From NCBI GenBank assembly GCA_964492715.1, contig CAZBLK010000015.1, forward strand, positions 2,998-66,997: a stretch of DNA of 64,000 bases, in the 5' to 3' direction. Source of the stretch: an uncultured Defluviitaleaceae bacterium. Lineage in GTDB: Bacteria; Bacillota; Clostridia; Lachnospirales; WRBF01. Below the pieces are notes generated by a model. That model saw only the letters and a program-made list of their open reading frames with translations, had not been told where the DNA came from and searched no databases. Each line of letters opens with the position of its first letter. The first letter of the stretch is position 1. The translations under genes were made by a program, and so were the position numbers. This document shows positions 37,871-47,403 of the stretch, piece after piece.

Positions 37871-38767
37871 TTACTTAAACTTCCTTGACTTTTTAATTGG
37901 GTTAAGCGCAAGGCTTCCAAGGAACAAAAATACCGCAGAAAAAATTGCATTTACTCCAAGGTTTGCAGCCCAAAGTGGCAAAGCAATTTTTTCTGGTGCT
38001 TGCGCCATTGCGCCGCTGTATGGGTTGTAATAGTAATACTGGTAAATCATATCATTAATTCCGCTAGTACCCATTTGAAGGTCAAGCACCGAAGAAAAAC
38101 CTGAAAATGGGTTAAACGCTAAAATGCTGTAACCAATAATAGGTTTTAAAGGTTGGTCGCCATAGTACACACGCACAAACTGCTGCAAAAGCTGAGTACC
38201 AATTGTTGTTCCGTAGCATAAAATGGCAGCTAACAAAAAAGTAATAGCAAGTGCAGGAACTGTTTTTTTAATTGACGCCGACAAAAAAATTGACAAGCAC
38301 CCAACGGCAAAAGCAACAGCCAACGAGTATCCGCACGTAGCCAAAAGGTTTAAAACCGAAACACTTCCATAATAAGTTGCAATGCCAAAAACGGGTAATG
38401 CAGCAACAATCATAAGTAAAACAACAGTAAGAGCCGAAAAAAGCTTGCCAATAATAATTGTAAAAGGCGACATTTTTGTAACAAGCATAAGGTCAAGCGT
38501 TTGGCGTTCACGCTCACCGCTTATAGTGCCACATACAAGAATTGGCACAATAATAATTATTAGCCCAAGCTGAAAGTTTGCAAGGTTTGAATACAAAGAA
38601 GCCGCACTTTTTGGGCTGTAACCGTTCCACTGCATGTTGCTGTACGTTGATGAAAGAAAAAGTGCAGCCGAACCTGTAAGCAACAAAATGTACACACAAA
38701 GTATTGTAAGCGTTTTCCATGTACGCAAAGCCGTTCTTAATTCACGTCTAAAAACAGGGTTAAGCAT
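37871..38767 (-). CDS. ABC-2 type transporter permease
   Basis: MLNPVFRRELR, ISGERERQTLDLML..IIIGK; start at 38767 overlaps the ATPase stop. Confidence 0.88.
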   Translation of the reverse strand: MLNPVFRRELRTALRTWKTLTILCVYILLLTGSAALFLSSTYSNMQWNGYSPKSAASLYSNLANFQLGLIIIIVPILVCGTISGERERQTLDLMLVTKMSPFTIIIGKLFSALTVVLLMIVAALPVFGIATYYGSVSVLNLLATCGYSLAVAFAVGCLSIFLSASIKKTVPALAITFLLAAILCYGTTIGTQLLQQFVRVYYGDQPLKPIIGYSILAFNPFSGFSSVLDLQMGTSGINDMIYQYYYYNPYSGAMAQAPEKIALPLWAANLGVNAIFSAVFLFLGSLALNPIKKSRKFK

Positions 38768-39710
38768 TTTGCACCTCTTTCTCACTATAATCAACATTTT
38801 CTGTAAGCTGCATAAAAATTTCTTCAAGGTTGCCTTCTTTTTCCTTGACGTTAATAATTGGAATTTCTTTAAGAACAATTTCTCTAATGAGGTTAGAAAG
38901 CTCTTTGTCGCCGCCGTCAAGCAAAAATTCCACGTCCTCGGTGTTTTCTATAATGTCTTTTACAAAAGGCTTTTCTCTAAGCAAAGTTACTAAGCCTTCC
39001 ATTTTTTCAAGCGGTTTAATGTGTATTACTCGCCCAGAATTTATTTGGCGCATAATGTCGTTTACTACACCAGAGGCAACAAGGCTACCGTTTTTAATTA
39101 TGCCTATGGTTGTACAAAACTCGGCAAGCTCCGACAAAATGTGCGAGCTTACAATAATTGTTTTGCCAAGCGTTTTAAGCTGCTTTAAAACCTCTTTCAT
39201 TTCAACCCTTGCACGTGGGTCAAGCCCCGAAGCCGGCTCATCAAGAATTAAAACTTCCGGGTCATGCACAAGGCTTCTTGCAAGGCAAAGCCTTTGCTTC
39301 ATACCCCTTGAAAGCGAGTCAACGTATGCGCCTTTTTTGTGCGACAAGTCAACAAGCTCAAGCAAATTGTCAATTACAGCTTTGCGCTCGGAATACGGAA
39401 CGTAATAAGTTCCTGCATAAAAGTCCATATATTCGTCAACTTTTAAGTTGTCATAAACACCAAAGAAGTCTGGCATGTATCCAATTTTTGAGTTCAGCTT
39501 TTTATGGTTTTTTGTCATAAGTTCATCGTTTATTAAAACTTCGCCGGAAGTTGCCGTTAAAAGCCCTGCAATAATTTTAAATGTTGTAGTTTTTCCTGCA
39601 CCGTTTGGACCGATAAACCCATAAATACTGCCGTCATCAATTGTAAGGCTCAAATCTTTTACGGCTTGAAACTTGCCGTACCTTTTGCATAAATTTCTAA
39701 GTTCAAGCAT
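38760..39710 (-). CDS. ABC transporter ATP-binding protein
   Basis: GPNGAGKTT, LSRGMKQRL, LILDEP, SSH. Confidence 0.96.
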   Translation of the reverse strand: MLELRNLCKRYGKFQAVKDLSLTIDDGSIYGFIGPNGAGKTTTFKIIAGLLTATSGEVLINDELMTKNHKKLNSKIGYMPDFFGVYDNLKVDEYMDFYAGTYYVPYSERKAVIDNLLELVDLSHKKGAYVDSLSRGMKQRLCLARSLVHDPEVLILDEPASGLDPRARVEMKEVLKQLKTLGKTIIVSSHILSELAEFCTTIGIIKNGSLVASGVVNDIMRQINSGRVIHIKPLEKMEGLVTLLREKPFVKDIIENTEDVEFLLDGGDKELSNLIREIVLKEIPIINVKEKEGNLEEIFMQLTENVDYSEKEVQNA

Positions 39711-39743
39711 AATAGCTCCTTTCGGTAGTAGGGAATTTTACAC

Positions 39744-42335
39744 TTATTTACTACTTTCCTTTGTTCCCTTAATAGCAATTGACGGACACATAACAACTGT
39801 TCCTTTTGCAACTTTCACCCTCAATTGAATTGTATTTTCCCTGTTCACATAAGATTGTGCATTTTTAATTTCGCCAAGCTTTTCCCATTTATTAGTTACT
39901 GCATTAAATATTTCAGTGGCAGGGTCAAGCGAAGTTGTGTCAAACTTAATTTCACTTAAAGTAATGCCGTCTTCAAGCTTGTAATTAAGCTGAATAAAAC
40001 CGTCCTCAAAAACATCAATGCGGCTTTGCTCGTACATGCTGTAACCAACATCGGACACAATTTCCGATGGGTAAAAAATTCCTAAAGGAAGCTCAAATTC
40101 GCCTTCTTTTATAAGGCTTGAAGTAAGGTTCATTTCAAGCATGTTTGTTCCGCACATATAAGGCTGTGTTTTATTTACATACAAACCGTCATCAAGAACG
40201 TTGTCGTTGCTAAAAGCGTATATCGTTACTCCGTTCCCTCTTGCACCACCATTACCCATAAGGCCTGCACTAGGAGCCGCCATAATAACTCCGCCGCTGC
40301 CCATATAAGTAGTCGGATAAGAATAACTATAAGCAACCCTACTACCTTCTGCAATCGATTGCATTAGTTGTTGTTTTAGCTGTAGCTCACGGCGTTGCTC
40401 AACAGGTATACCTTTAAGTGGGTCACCGCCGCCGTTTGTTTGGTTTATAAAAATGTCATAAATACTTTGACCACCAACAGGAATTTGGTTTCCGTTTTCG
40501 TCTTCTTTATATTCCATTTTGAAGTTTTGGTCAAGCTGAATCGTTTCTCCCTTTTTAAGTGAAGGGTATTTGCTGTATATGTTTTGGAAGCCTACAATAA
40601 CGTCCTGCAAATCAAGATTTGTGTTGTTTGTAATTGTTCCTTTAAGCCTGTCATTCTCAAAGTAAACGTTAGCATCAAGCGTTCCGCCTAAGTCGTAGTT
40701 AAAGTCAGTTTTAAACGTGGACATATCCCAGTATGACTTGTCAAAATAAGTAAGCTGGTTAGGCTCGGTGTACAAAAGCTTTGCTAAGTCTTGGGCTTCA
40801 TTATTTCCGCTTACATACGTACTGTATTTGTAGTCATAGTATTGTTGGCTTGAAAGAGAAATTGGCAAGCTTTCATCAAATGTTACTTTAATGTCCCCAC
40901 CTTTTGGTGACATTACACCTACGCTTGCTTTTACTGCTGCGGCGTCAGAGCCTTCAGACACACTAAGCTTTGAAATTGAATTTACAATCGGCTTTTTGTA
41001 TTTGCTGCCGCTGCTTATAAAAAACACTGCCACCAAAACGACAACTGCTGTAACCGGAATTATAATAAACCCTTGTTCACGTTTGTCTTTGCGCTTTAAC
41101 ACAAGGTAAAGTATAGGGCCTGCAATTACTGCGTATAATATAACGACTACGAAAATGATGTACAGGGAAGCTTCGTTTAACGAAGGAAGGTTTCCAAGCA
41201 TGTACTCTATATTTGAGTACATATAATCCATTCCATAATTGTTTATTGTTTGTTCAACCGCCATAGTTAAAAAACCTTCAAGAAAAAATGGTGGCTGCTT
41301 GTTTAAAGAAATAATCGGTTCTTTTCCTATGTCAAAACCAAAAATAACAATTGTGCCAGAACCTCTGTTGACAGAATGTATTAACGGAGTTTCACCAGCA
41401 GTGTGAAGGATTGTTGCGTCTTTAACATCAAGCACGCTTACATTTATAGGTGTACTTATATCTTTTATAAAAGGTATTGCTGGGTTTATAGTGTTTAAAT
41501 CGCTTACAGAAGCCGTTCCTTTTTCTGTTGCAGAAACAAAGTCACTGCTAAACCCTTTTAAAACCTTGTTTAAGTTTGCTCCTGCTCCAATGAAAAGCCT
41601 GCCGCCCGAATTTACCCATTCTTCAATTGCTTTTCGCATTTCAATAGACAAAAGGCTTGTATCAAAGTCGTTTATAACAATTGCATTAAAGGCTTGAAGC
41701 AAGTTTGCTTTAAGCGGAAAATTTTTTTCATTTAGTTGAACAAGCATTTCGCCAAGCTCTTTTGCAACTGGCTCGCCTGTATAGTTGTTTAACTTAAACT
41801 GCCTTATATATGACAAGCTGTTAAAATCGTCTGAAAGCACGCCAATCATAGGTGTGTTTGGTCTAACTGCTTTTCCTGGAAAATTTACTGTTTGAACAGT
41901 TTTTCCAGCTTCATCAACTAAAACAATTTCAAAGGTTTTGTTTATGCTAATTGGCATTGTTTCCATTTCAACAACCTTTGAAGCACCTTTTGGAAGCTCC
42001 AAAGGGTATGCGTATATGTTGTTTCTTACAATTGGTTCTGCAATAACACCGTAGCCTTGGTCGGCAATGTTTACTTTAATTTGAAGCTCACCTTTAAAGT
42101 TTTCGCCGTTGTTTACAACATGCACTTTTACTGGTGTGTTTGTATACACTTTGTATTTTCCATCAAACCCAATTTCGCCTGTTATTTCAATGCCGCTGTT
42201 TTCCGAAACTTCTTCTGCACGCACAAGAACAGGCGTAACAAAAGGCAAAATTACGCCAAGAAGCATGGATACAACTATTACTACAGAAATAACCCTTGCC
42301 CAAAAACGCTTTCTTTGTGTTCTGTCTTTTCTCAT
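39744..42335 (-). CDS. Hypothetical membrane protein, 863 aa (signal peptide, GATase-like region, central TM hairpin)
   Basis: N-terminal signal; IEEWVNSGGRLFI; YAVIAGPILYLVLKRKDKRE TM pair. Confidence 0.75.
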   Translation of the reverse strand: MRKDRTQRKRFWARVISVVIVVSMLLGVILPFVTPVLVRAEEVSENSGIEITGEIGFDGKYKVYTNTPVKVHVVNNGENFKGELQIKVNIADQGYGVIAEPIVRNNIYAYPLELPKGASKVVEMETMPISINKTFEIVLVDEAGKTVQTVNFPGKAVRPNTPMIGVLSDDFNSLSYIRQFKLNNYTGEPVAKELGEMLVQLNEKNFPLKANLLQAFNAIVINDFDTSLLSIEMRKAIEEWVNSGGRLFIGAGANLNKVLKGFSSDFVSATEKGTASVSDLNTINPAIPFIKDISTPINVSVLDVKDATILHTAGETPLIHSVNRGSGTIVIFGFDIGKEPIISLNKQPPFFLEGFLTMAVEQTINNYGMDYMYSNIEYMLGNLPSLNEASLYIIFVVVILYAVIAGPILYLVLKRKDKREQGFIIIPVTAVVVLVAVFFISSGSKYKKPIVNSISKLSVSEGSDAAAVKASVGVMSPKGGDIKVTFDESLPISLSSQQYYDYKYSTYVSGNNEAQDLAKLLYTEPNQLTYFDKSYWDMSTFKTDFNYDLGGTLDANVYFENDRLKGTITNNTNLDLQDVIVGFQNIYSKYPSLKKGETIQLDQNFKMEYKEDENGNQIPVGGQSIYDIFINQTNGGGDPLKGIPVEQRRELQLKQQLMQSIAEGSRVAYSYSYPTTYMGSGGVIMAAPSAGLMGNGGARGNGVTIYAFSNDNVLDDGLYVNKTQPYMCGTNMLEMNLTSSLIKEGEFELPLGIFYPSEIVSDVGYSMYEQSRIDVFEDGFIQLNYKLEDGITLSEIKFDTTSLDPATEIFNAVTNKWEKLGEIKNAQSYVNRENTIQLRVKVAKGTVVMCPSIAIKGTKESSK

Positions 42336-42406
42336 TTCACTTCTCCTTCTGTTTTATATTTTATGCCAATCAAGGGGTGATTTAAAAACATTAAAAAATT
42401 AAGACC

Positions 42407-42454
42407 TTAGGGGCTCTGCCCCTAAAACCCCGCAAGGGGCTTGCCCCTTGACCC
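42407..42454. repeat. REP-like GC-rich double hairpin
   Basis: ttaggggc-tct-gcccctaa followed by caaggggc-tt-gccccttg. Confidence 0.6.
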
Positions 42455-42524
42455 ATTTTTAAATAATTCTCCACACAACACTTTCAACCTTGATTTGCAT
42501 ATTTTATTTGGTTTAAATTTTAAC

Positions 42525-42552
42525 AATGTATGTCTGCATATATAAAGCTTAT
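42525..42552 (-). promoter_or_regulatory. Possible SigE-type (mother-cell) promoter of the vWA/ABC operon
   Basis: ATA-17 bp-CATACATT resembles the ATa-N16-18-cATAcanT consensus; short motif in AT-rich DNA. Confidence 0.35.
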
Positions 42553-42657
42553 TTTAACATACCGCTTTATTTTTTCATAGCCCCCTTTTGCATTTGTAGG
42601 ATATGGTGTATAATATTATAAAATAAATACTCATTTGTACACCAAGGAGTGAACGTT

Positions 42658-43326
42658 GTGATTAGTCAAATTATTTCGGCCATAAATATATACATACTTA
42701 TATTAACGATAGCTTTTATAGTTTGGTTGCAGTTTAAATTGATGTCAGGCAATAACAAAAAAGAAAATAAGCTGTCAGATTTCTTAAAAGAAGAAGACGA
42801 AGCAAACTTTGCAAGAAAAAAAGAAATTCCGAAAACTTTTTTTGTTTCCCCAGACACTTTAAAGCTTCCTATCGTAGAGTATAGCAAAGATGATGAAACG
42901 TTTGAACGGCTTGCACAAAGGCAACAAAAGGCTTTAAAACTTTCCAAAAAACAAATGATTCGCCCAAACCACAACAAGACTAACAAAGAAATTAAAAACG
43001 AGTTTGGCGTTTCTAACCTTGAAACGTTTACAAATGGTGAAGAAACTTTTCATTCCTACATTGTTGCACTTATAGACTGGGCAGAGCAGCTTGTTAAGTT
43101 TGCAAAGCTTGACGACGCTAAAAAAGTGCTTTTACATGCAATTGACTTTGGCTGCGACATAAGCAAAGGCTTTTTGCTTTTGACAGACGTATATATTAAG
43201 CAAAGAGACAGAAAAGGGCTGTCAGAGTTTGTAAAAAAAATATCTAATGACGACTTTTCAAATTTGAGCAAAGAAGTAAAGGATAAGCTTTTGGTTCAAA
43301 TTGAAGAAAAGTCAAAGTGCATTTGA
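42658..43326 (+). CDS. Hypothetical protein with N-terminal TM and helical C-terminus
   Basis: ORF with AAGGAG RBS before GTG 42658; hydrophobic N-terminus. Confidence 0.7.
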   Translation: MISQIISAINIYILILTIAFIVWLQFKLMSGNNKKENKLSDFLKEEDEANFARKKEIPKTFFVSPDTLKLPIVEYSKDDETFERLAQRQQKALKLSKKQMIRPNHNKTNKEIKNEFGVSNLETFTNGEETFHSYIVALIDWAEQLVKFAKLDDAKKVLLHAIDFGCDISKGFLLLTDVYIKQRDRKGLSEFVKKISNDDFSNLSKEVKDKLLVQIEEKSKCI

Positions 43327-43345
43327 AAATGGAGGAGCAAACCTT

Positions 43346-44503
43346 ATGAACATTGCAATTTTTTCGGATACTTACTATCCAATAATAAATGGTGTTGTTA
43401 CATCTACAGTAATGCTTGAAAACGAGCTTAAAAAGCTAGGGCACAACGTGTACATTTTTACAGTGTCCGACCCATCTGTAAAAAAGCCTTCGCCTAACGT
43501 TTTTAGGCTTCCGAGTATGCCGCTTTTCTTTTCGCCCCAGCATAGGGTTGCTTTGCTTTACCCACCCAAGCTTCTTTTAAAAATTAGAAAGCTTGACCTT
43601 GACATAATTCATACACAAACCGAGTTTCCTGTAGGCATTTTTGGAAAAATAGTTTCCGAGTTTTTTAAAATACCAATGGTGCATACATACCATACAATGT
43701 ATGAAGACTACGTGCATTACATTGCAAACGGGCATTTGCTTACACCACAAGGTGCGCAAAAGTACAGCCGCATTTTTTGCAACAGGGCTAAAGCCGTAAT
43801 TGCGCCAGTTACGAAAACAAAGGATAAGCTTTTAGATTACGGCGTAAGGAAGCCCATTTCTGTAATTCCAACAGGAATAAACTTTGAGCCTTTCAGCAGA
43901 GAAAGATATACAGAAGAAGATATCCTTGAAATTAAAAAGGAAGCTGGCATAAACCCAAATGACCCTGTCATAGTTTTTGTCGGCAGAGTTGCAAAAGAAA
44001 AAAGCATTGACGTTTTAATTAACGCAATGCCAAACCTTTTAGAACGTCTTAAAAATGCAAAGCTTTTAATTGTTGGTGACGGACCTGTGCTAAAAGACTT
44101 AAAACAGCAGGCTAAAACACTTGGTGTGTCAAACAACATTTCGTTTGTTGGCGCAAAGCCGTGGGACTCAATTGGAAAGTATTATCAAACTGGTGATGTT
44201 TTTGCTACGGCTTCAACATCAGAAACGCAAGGGCTTACTTATATAGAAGCAATGGCTGCAAAGGTGACTGTCGTTGCAAAAAAAGATAGAAGTGCCGAAG
44301 ATGTTATAATTGACCGTGAAACTGGCTATTATTTTGAAGAAGATACCGAAGCGGCAGACGTTTTGTATTATGCCCTAACCCACAAAGCCGAAAGCAAAAA
44401 AATTGCTGAAAATGGTTTTGACAGCATTCAAAACCTTTCTTCTGTAAATTTCGCCAAAAATATTGAAAATTTGTATATGCAGGTAATAAATAATAAGTTA
44501 TAA
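43346..44503 (+). CDS. GT4 glycosyltransferase (diacylglycerol glucosyltransferase-like)
   Basis: FSDTYYPIINGV, HTYHTMYEDY, FVGRVAKEK, SETQGLTYIEAMAA. Confidence 0.9.
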   Translation: MNIAIFSDTYYPIINGVVTSTVMLENELKKLGHNVYIFTVSDPSVKKPSPNVFRLPSMPLFFSPQHRVALLYPPKLLLKIRKLDLDIIHTQTEFPVGIFGKIVSEFFKIPMVHTYHTMYEDYVHYIANGHLLTPQGAQKYSRIFCNRAKAVIAPVTKTKDKLLDYGVRKPISVIPTGINFEPFSRERYTEEDILEIKKEAGINPNDPVIVFVGRVAKEKSIDVLINAMPNLLERLKNAKLLIVGDGPVLKDLKQQAKTLGVSNNISFVGAKPWDSIGKYYQTGDVFATASTSETQGLTYIEAMAAKVTVVAKKDRSAEDVIIDRETGYYFEEDTEAADVLYYALTHKAESKKIAENGFDSIQNLSSVNFAKNIENLYMQVINNKL

Positions 44504-44539
44504 TGTTTGGAAGCAATTTTGTACAAAGGAGGAACATTT

Positions 44540-46945
44540 ATGCAGTATGATTTTAAATCAATTGAAAAAAAATGGCGTGAGCATTGGGAACAAAACCCTA
44601 TTCAAGAAAAAAATTCAGATAAGCCCAAGTTTTATTGCCTAGACATGTTTCCGTATCCTTCGGCTGACGGCCTGCACGTTGGGCATTGGCGTGGGTACGT
44701 TTTAAGCGACGTTCTAAGCCGCTATAAAATTTTACAAGGCTTTCAAGTGCTGCACCCAATGGGTTGGGACGCATTTGGACTTCCTGCTGAAAACTATGCA
44801 ATTAAAACAGGGGTTCACCCTTCTGTTGGCACAGCCAAAAGCGTAGCAAACGCAAAAAGGCAGCTTCACGAAATTAGTGCCGTTTACGACTGGGAAAGAG
44901 AAGTAAACACGACAGACCCTAACTATTACAAATGGACACAATGGATTTTTGCAAAAATGTATGAACAAGGGCTTGCATATGAAAAGGAAATGCCTTTAAA
45001 CTGGTGCCCAAGCTGTAAGTGCGTGCTTGCAAACGAGGAAGCAACAGGCGGCGTTTGCGACCGTTGCGGCGCAACTGTTACAAAGAAAATGCTTCGTCAA
45101 TGGATGCTTAAAATTACAGCATATGCAGAAAGGCTTTTGTCTGATTTAGACAAGCTTGACTGGCCGGAAAAAGTTAAAAAAATGCAGTCCGACTGGATTG
45201 GAAAAAGCTACGGTGCTGAAGTTGACTTTGGCGTTGAAGACTGTGACAAAAAAATTACTGTGTTTACAACAAGACCAGACACGCTTTACGGCGCAACGTT
45301 TATGGTGCTTGCACCTGAACACGAGCTTGTTTCGGAACTTACAACTACTGAAAACAAAGAAGAAATGGATAAATATGTTTTTGCCGCAAGCACAAAGTCG
45401 TCTGTTGACCGTATGACAGACAAAGAAAAAACAGGCGTGTTTACTGGAAGCTACTGTATAAACCCGCTTAACGGCGAAAAAGTTCCAATTTGGGTTTCAG
45501 ACTATGTTCTTATAGATTATGGCACAGGCGCAATTATGTGTGTTCCTGCACATGACGAGCGTGACTTTGACTTTGCGAAAAAGTTTAACCTGCCAATTGT
45601 GCAAGTAATTCAAAAAGAAGGCGACGAACTTAAAGAGCTTGAAGAAGCTTTTACAGGTGACGGAATTGCAGTTAATTCGCCTGCGTTTAACGGGCTTAAA
45701 ACTAGAGATGCTATAAATGCCGCTGTAGATTACATTGAGCAAAAGGGAATTGGTAAGAGAACGGTTAACTACAAGCTTCGTGACTGGGTTTTCTCAAGGC
45801 AAAGGTATTGGGGTGAGCCTATTCCAATTATTCACTGTGATAAGTGCGGAAAAGTTGTTGTTCCTGACAAAGACTTACCTGTTCTTTTGCCAAACGTTGA
45901 AAAGTACCAGCCTACAGAAACTGGTGAGTCTCCGCTTGCCGCAATTGAAGAATGGGTAAACACAACTTGTCCAAAGTGTGGCGATGCGGCACAAAGAGAA
46001 ACTAACACAATGCCACAATGGGCTGGTTCTTCGTGGTACTTCCTTCGTTATGCCGACAACAAAAATAATGATGAACTTGCAAGCAAAGAAGCTCTTACAA
46101 AATGGCTTCCTGTTGACTATTATGTAGGTGGCGTAGAACATGCCGTTTTGCACTTGCTTTATGCACGTTTTTACACAAAGTTTTTGTTTGACATTGGAGC
46201 AGTAGATTTTGAGGAGCCGTTTTTGAAACTTTTCAACCAAGGAATGATTACAAGAAACGGCGCAAAAATGAGTAAGTCAAAAGGCAACGTAGTTTCACCA
46301 GACGGTTTGGTGGAAAGCTACGGCTGCGACTCTTTAAGAATGTACGAGTTGTTCGTTGGCCCAGCCGAGCTTGACAGCGAATGGGACGACAGCGGAATTG
46401 ACGGTGTTTTCAGATATTTAAACAAAACGTGGAAGCTTGTTTACGAAAACAAAGATAAGTTTATTCCTGCAACAAAAGAGCTTGAACAGTTAAGACACAA
46501 GTTTATTTATGACATTACAACAAGGCTTAACAACTTGACACTTAACACAGTTGTAAGCGGCTTTATGGAAAACACAAACAAGCTTGTAGAGCTTGTTAAA
46601 AAAGCCGGCGGCGTTGACAAAGAAACAATTGAAACAATTATCGTTTTGCTTGCGCCTTTTGTTCCGCATATTGCTGAGGAAATGTGGCGTTTAATTGGCA
46701 ACGCAGATTCTGTGTTTACCAAGAACTGGCCAGAGTACGACGAAAGCAAAATGAAGTCAGACTATAACGAAATTGTAATTCAAATAAACGGTAAACTTAG
46801 AGATAACATTAAAGTTTCAGTAGATGCTTCAAAGGACGAAGTTTTGGCAAAGGCGAAGGAAGCTGTTTCTGCAAAGCTTGAAGGCGTTACTATTGTTAAA
46901 GAAATTTATGTTCCTGGTAAACTTGTTAATTTGGTTGTGAAATAA
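44540..46945 (+). CDS. leuS: Leucine--tRNA ligase
   Basis: MFPYPS..HVGH, GWDAFGLPAEN, FTTRPDT, KMSKS. Confidence 0.98.
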   Translation: MQYDFKSIEKKWREHWEQNPIQEKNSDKPKFYCLDMFPYPSADGLHVGHWRGYVLSDVLSRYKILQGFQVLHPMGWDAFGLPAENYAIKTGVHPSVGTAKSVANAKRQLHEISAVYDWEREVNTTDPNYYKWTQWIFAKMYEQGLAYEKEMPLNWCPSCKCVLANEEATGGVCDRCGATVTKKMLRQWMLKITAYAERLLSDLDKLDWPEKVKKMQSDWIGKSYGAEVDFGVEDCDKKITVFTTRPDTLYGATFMVLAPEHELVSELTTTENKEEMDKYVFAASTKSSVDRMTDKEKTGVFTGSYCINPLNGEKVPIWVSDYVLIDYGTGAIMCVPAHDERDFDFAKKFNLPIVQVIQKEGDELKELEEAFTGDGIAVNSPAFNGLKTRDAINAAVDYIEQKGIGKRTVNYKLRDWVFSRQRYWGEPIPIIHCDKCGKVVVPDKDLPVLLPNVEKYQPTETGESPLAAIEEWVNTTCPKCGDAAQRETNTMPQWAGSSWYFLRYADNKNNDELASKEALTKWLPVDYYVGGVEHAVLHLLYARFYTKFLFDIGAVDFEEPFLKLFNQGMITRNGAKMSKSKGNVVSPDGLVESYGCDSLRMYELFVGPAELDSEWDDSGIDGVFRYLNKTWKLVYENKDKFIPATKELEQLRHKFIYDITTRLNNLTLNTVVSGFMENTNKLVELVKKAGGVDKETIETIIVLLAPFVPHIAEEMWRLIGNADSVFTKNWPEYDESKMKSDYNEIVIQINGKLRDNIKVSVDASKDEVLAKAKEAVSAKLEGVTIVKEIYVPGKLVNLVVK

Positions 46946-46955
46946 AGGAATATGT

Positions 46956-47003
46956 ATAATGGCGTGTAGTAATTTAAAATTATGAATTATTACACGCCAT
47001 TAT
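46956..47003 (+). terminator. Hairpin terminator after leuS
   Basis: ataatggcgtgtagtaatt/aattattacacgccattat stem. Confidence 0.65.
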
Positions 47004-47102
47004 TAAATGTGTTTATGCTTCAACGGGACAACCCAGAAAAATTTGCCTAGGCTTTAAAAACAAGCGGACAGTGCTAACGAGAAGGTGTAAAGTGCCGACT
47101 CC

Positions 47103-47205
47103 TATAGCAATTCCTTTTTAATCGACATTGTCTATCGGTCAAACGCCAAACGGCTAGGCGTTTGGCTTGCCTTTGCCAATATCATTAAAAACTGGAATTG
47201 CCATG
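47103..47205. mobile_element. MITE-like element with TATAGCAATTCC-type end
   Basis: atagcaattcc..tttttaat / attaaaaactggaattgccat imperfect IR; internal gccaaacg/cgtttggc hairpin. Confidence 0.45.
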
Positions 47206-47228
47206 AAAAAATATTTTGTAATCCCTAC

Positions 47229-47257
47229 TTGACATCAACCCAAACAGCATATATAAT
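47229..47257 (+). promoter_or_regulatory. Consensus SigA promoter of the infC operon
   Basis: TTGACA-17 bp-TATAAT. Confidence 0.9.
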
Positions 47258-47267
47258 ATTTTAGATG

Positions 47268-47387
47268 AAAGCAGAAGCGACACTTCTCACCTTGCGCCTA
47301 TGGTTTAAGGTTAAACGTATTTTTATTTTGCATTTACGTTACGTTTAAAAGTGGTCGCTTGTCTAGCTGACCACTTATTTTTATTTT
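47268..47387 (+). promoter_or_regulatory. L20 ribosomal protein leader (attenuator)
   Basis: aagcagaagc..cttctcacct core; terminator aagtggtc/gaccactt plus T-rich tract upstream of infC. Confidence 0.85.
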
Positions 47388-47403
47388 CAGGAGGTGCTAT
47401 GCC

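Noticed and set aside
44504-44540. T-box leader before leuS
   Set aside because: Only 36 bp of spacer and no T-box motif.
47004-47102. ncRNA, tracrRNA-like tail (gtgccgactc) or CIRCE half-site (cagtgctaa)
   Set aside because: Short chance matches; no anti-repeat, no second CIRCE arm and no convincing fold.
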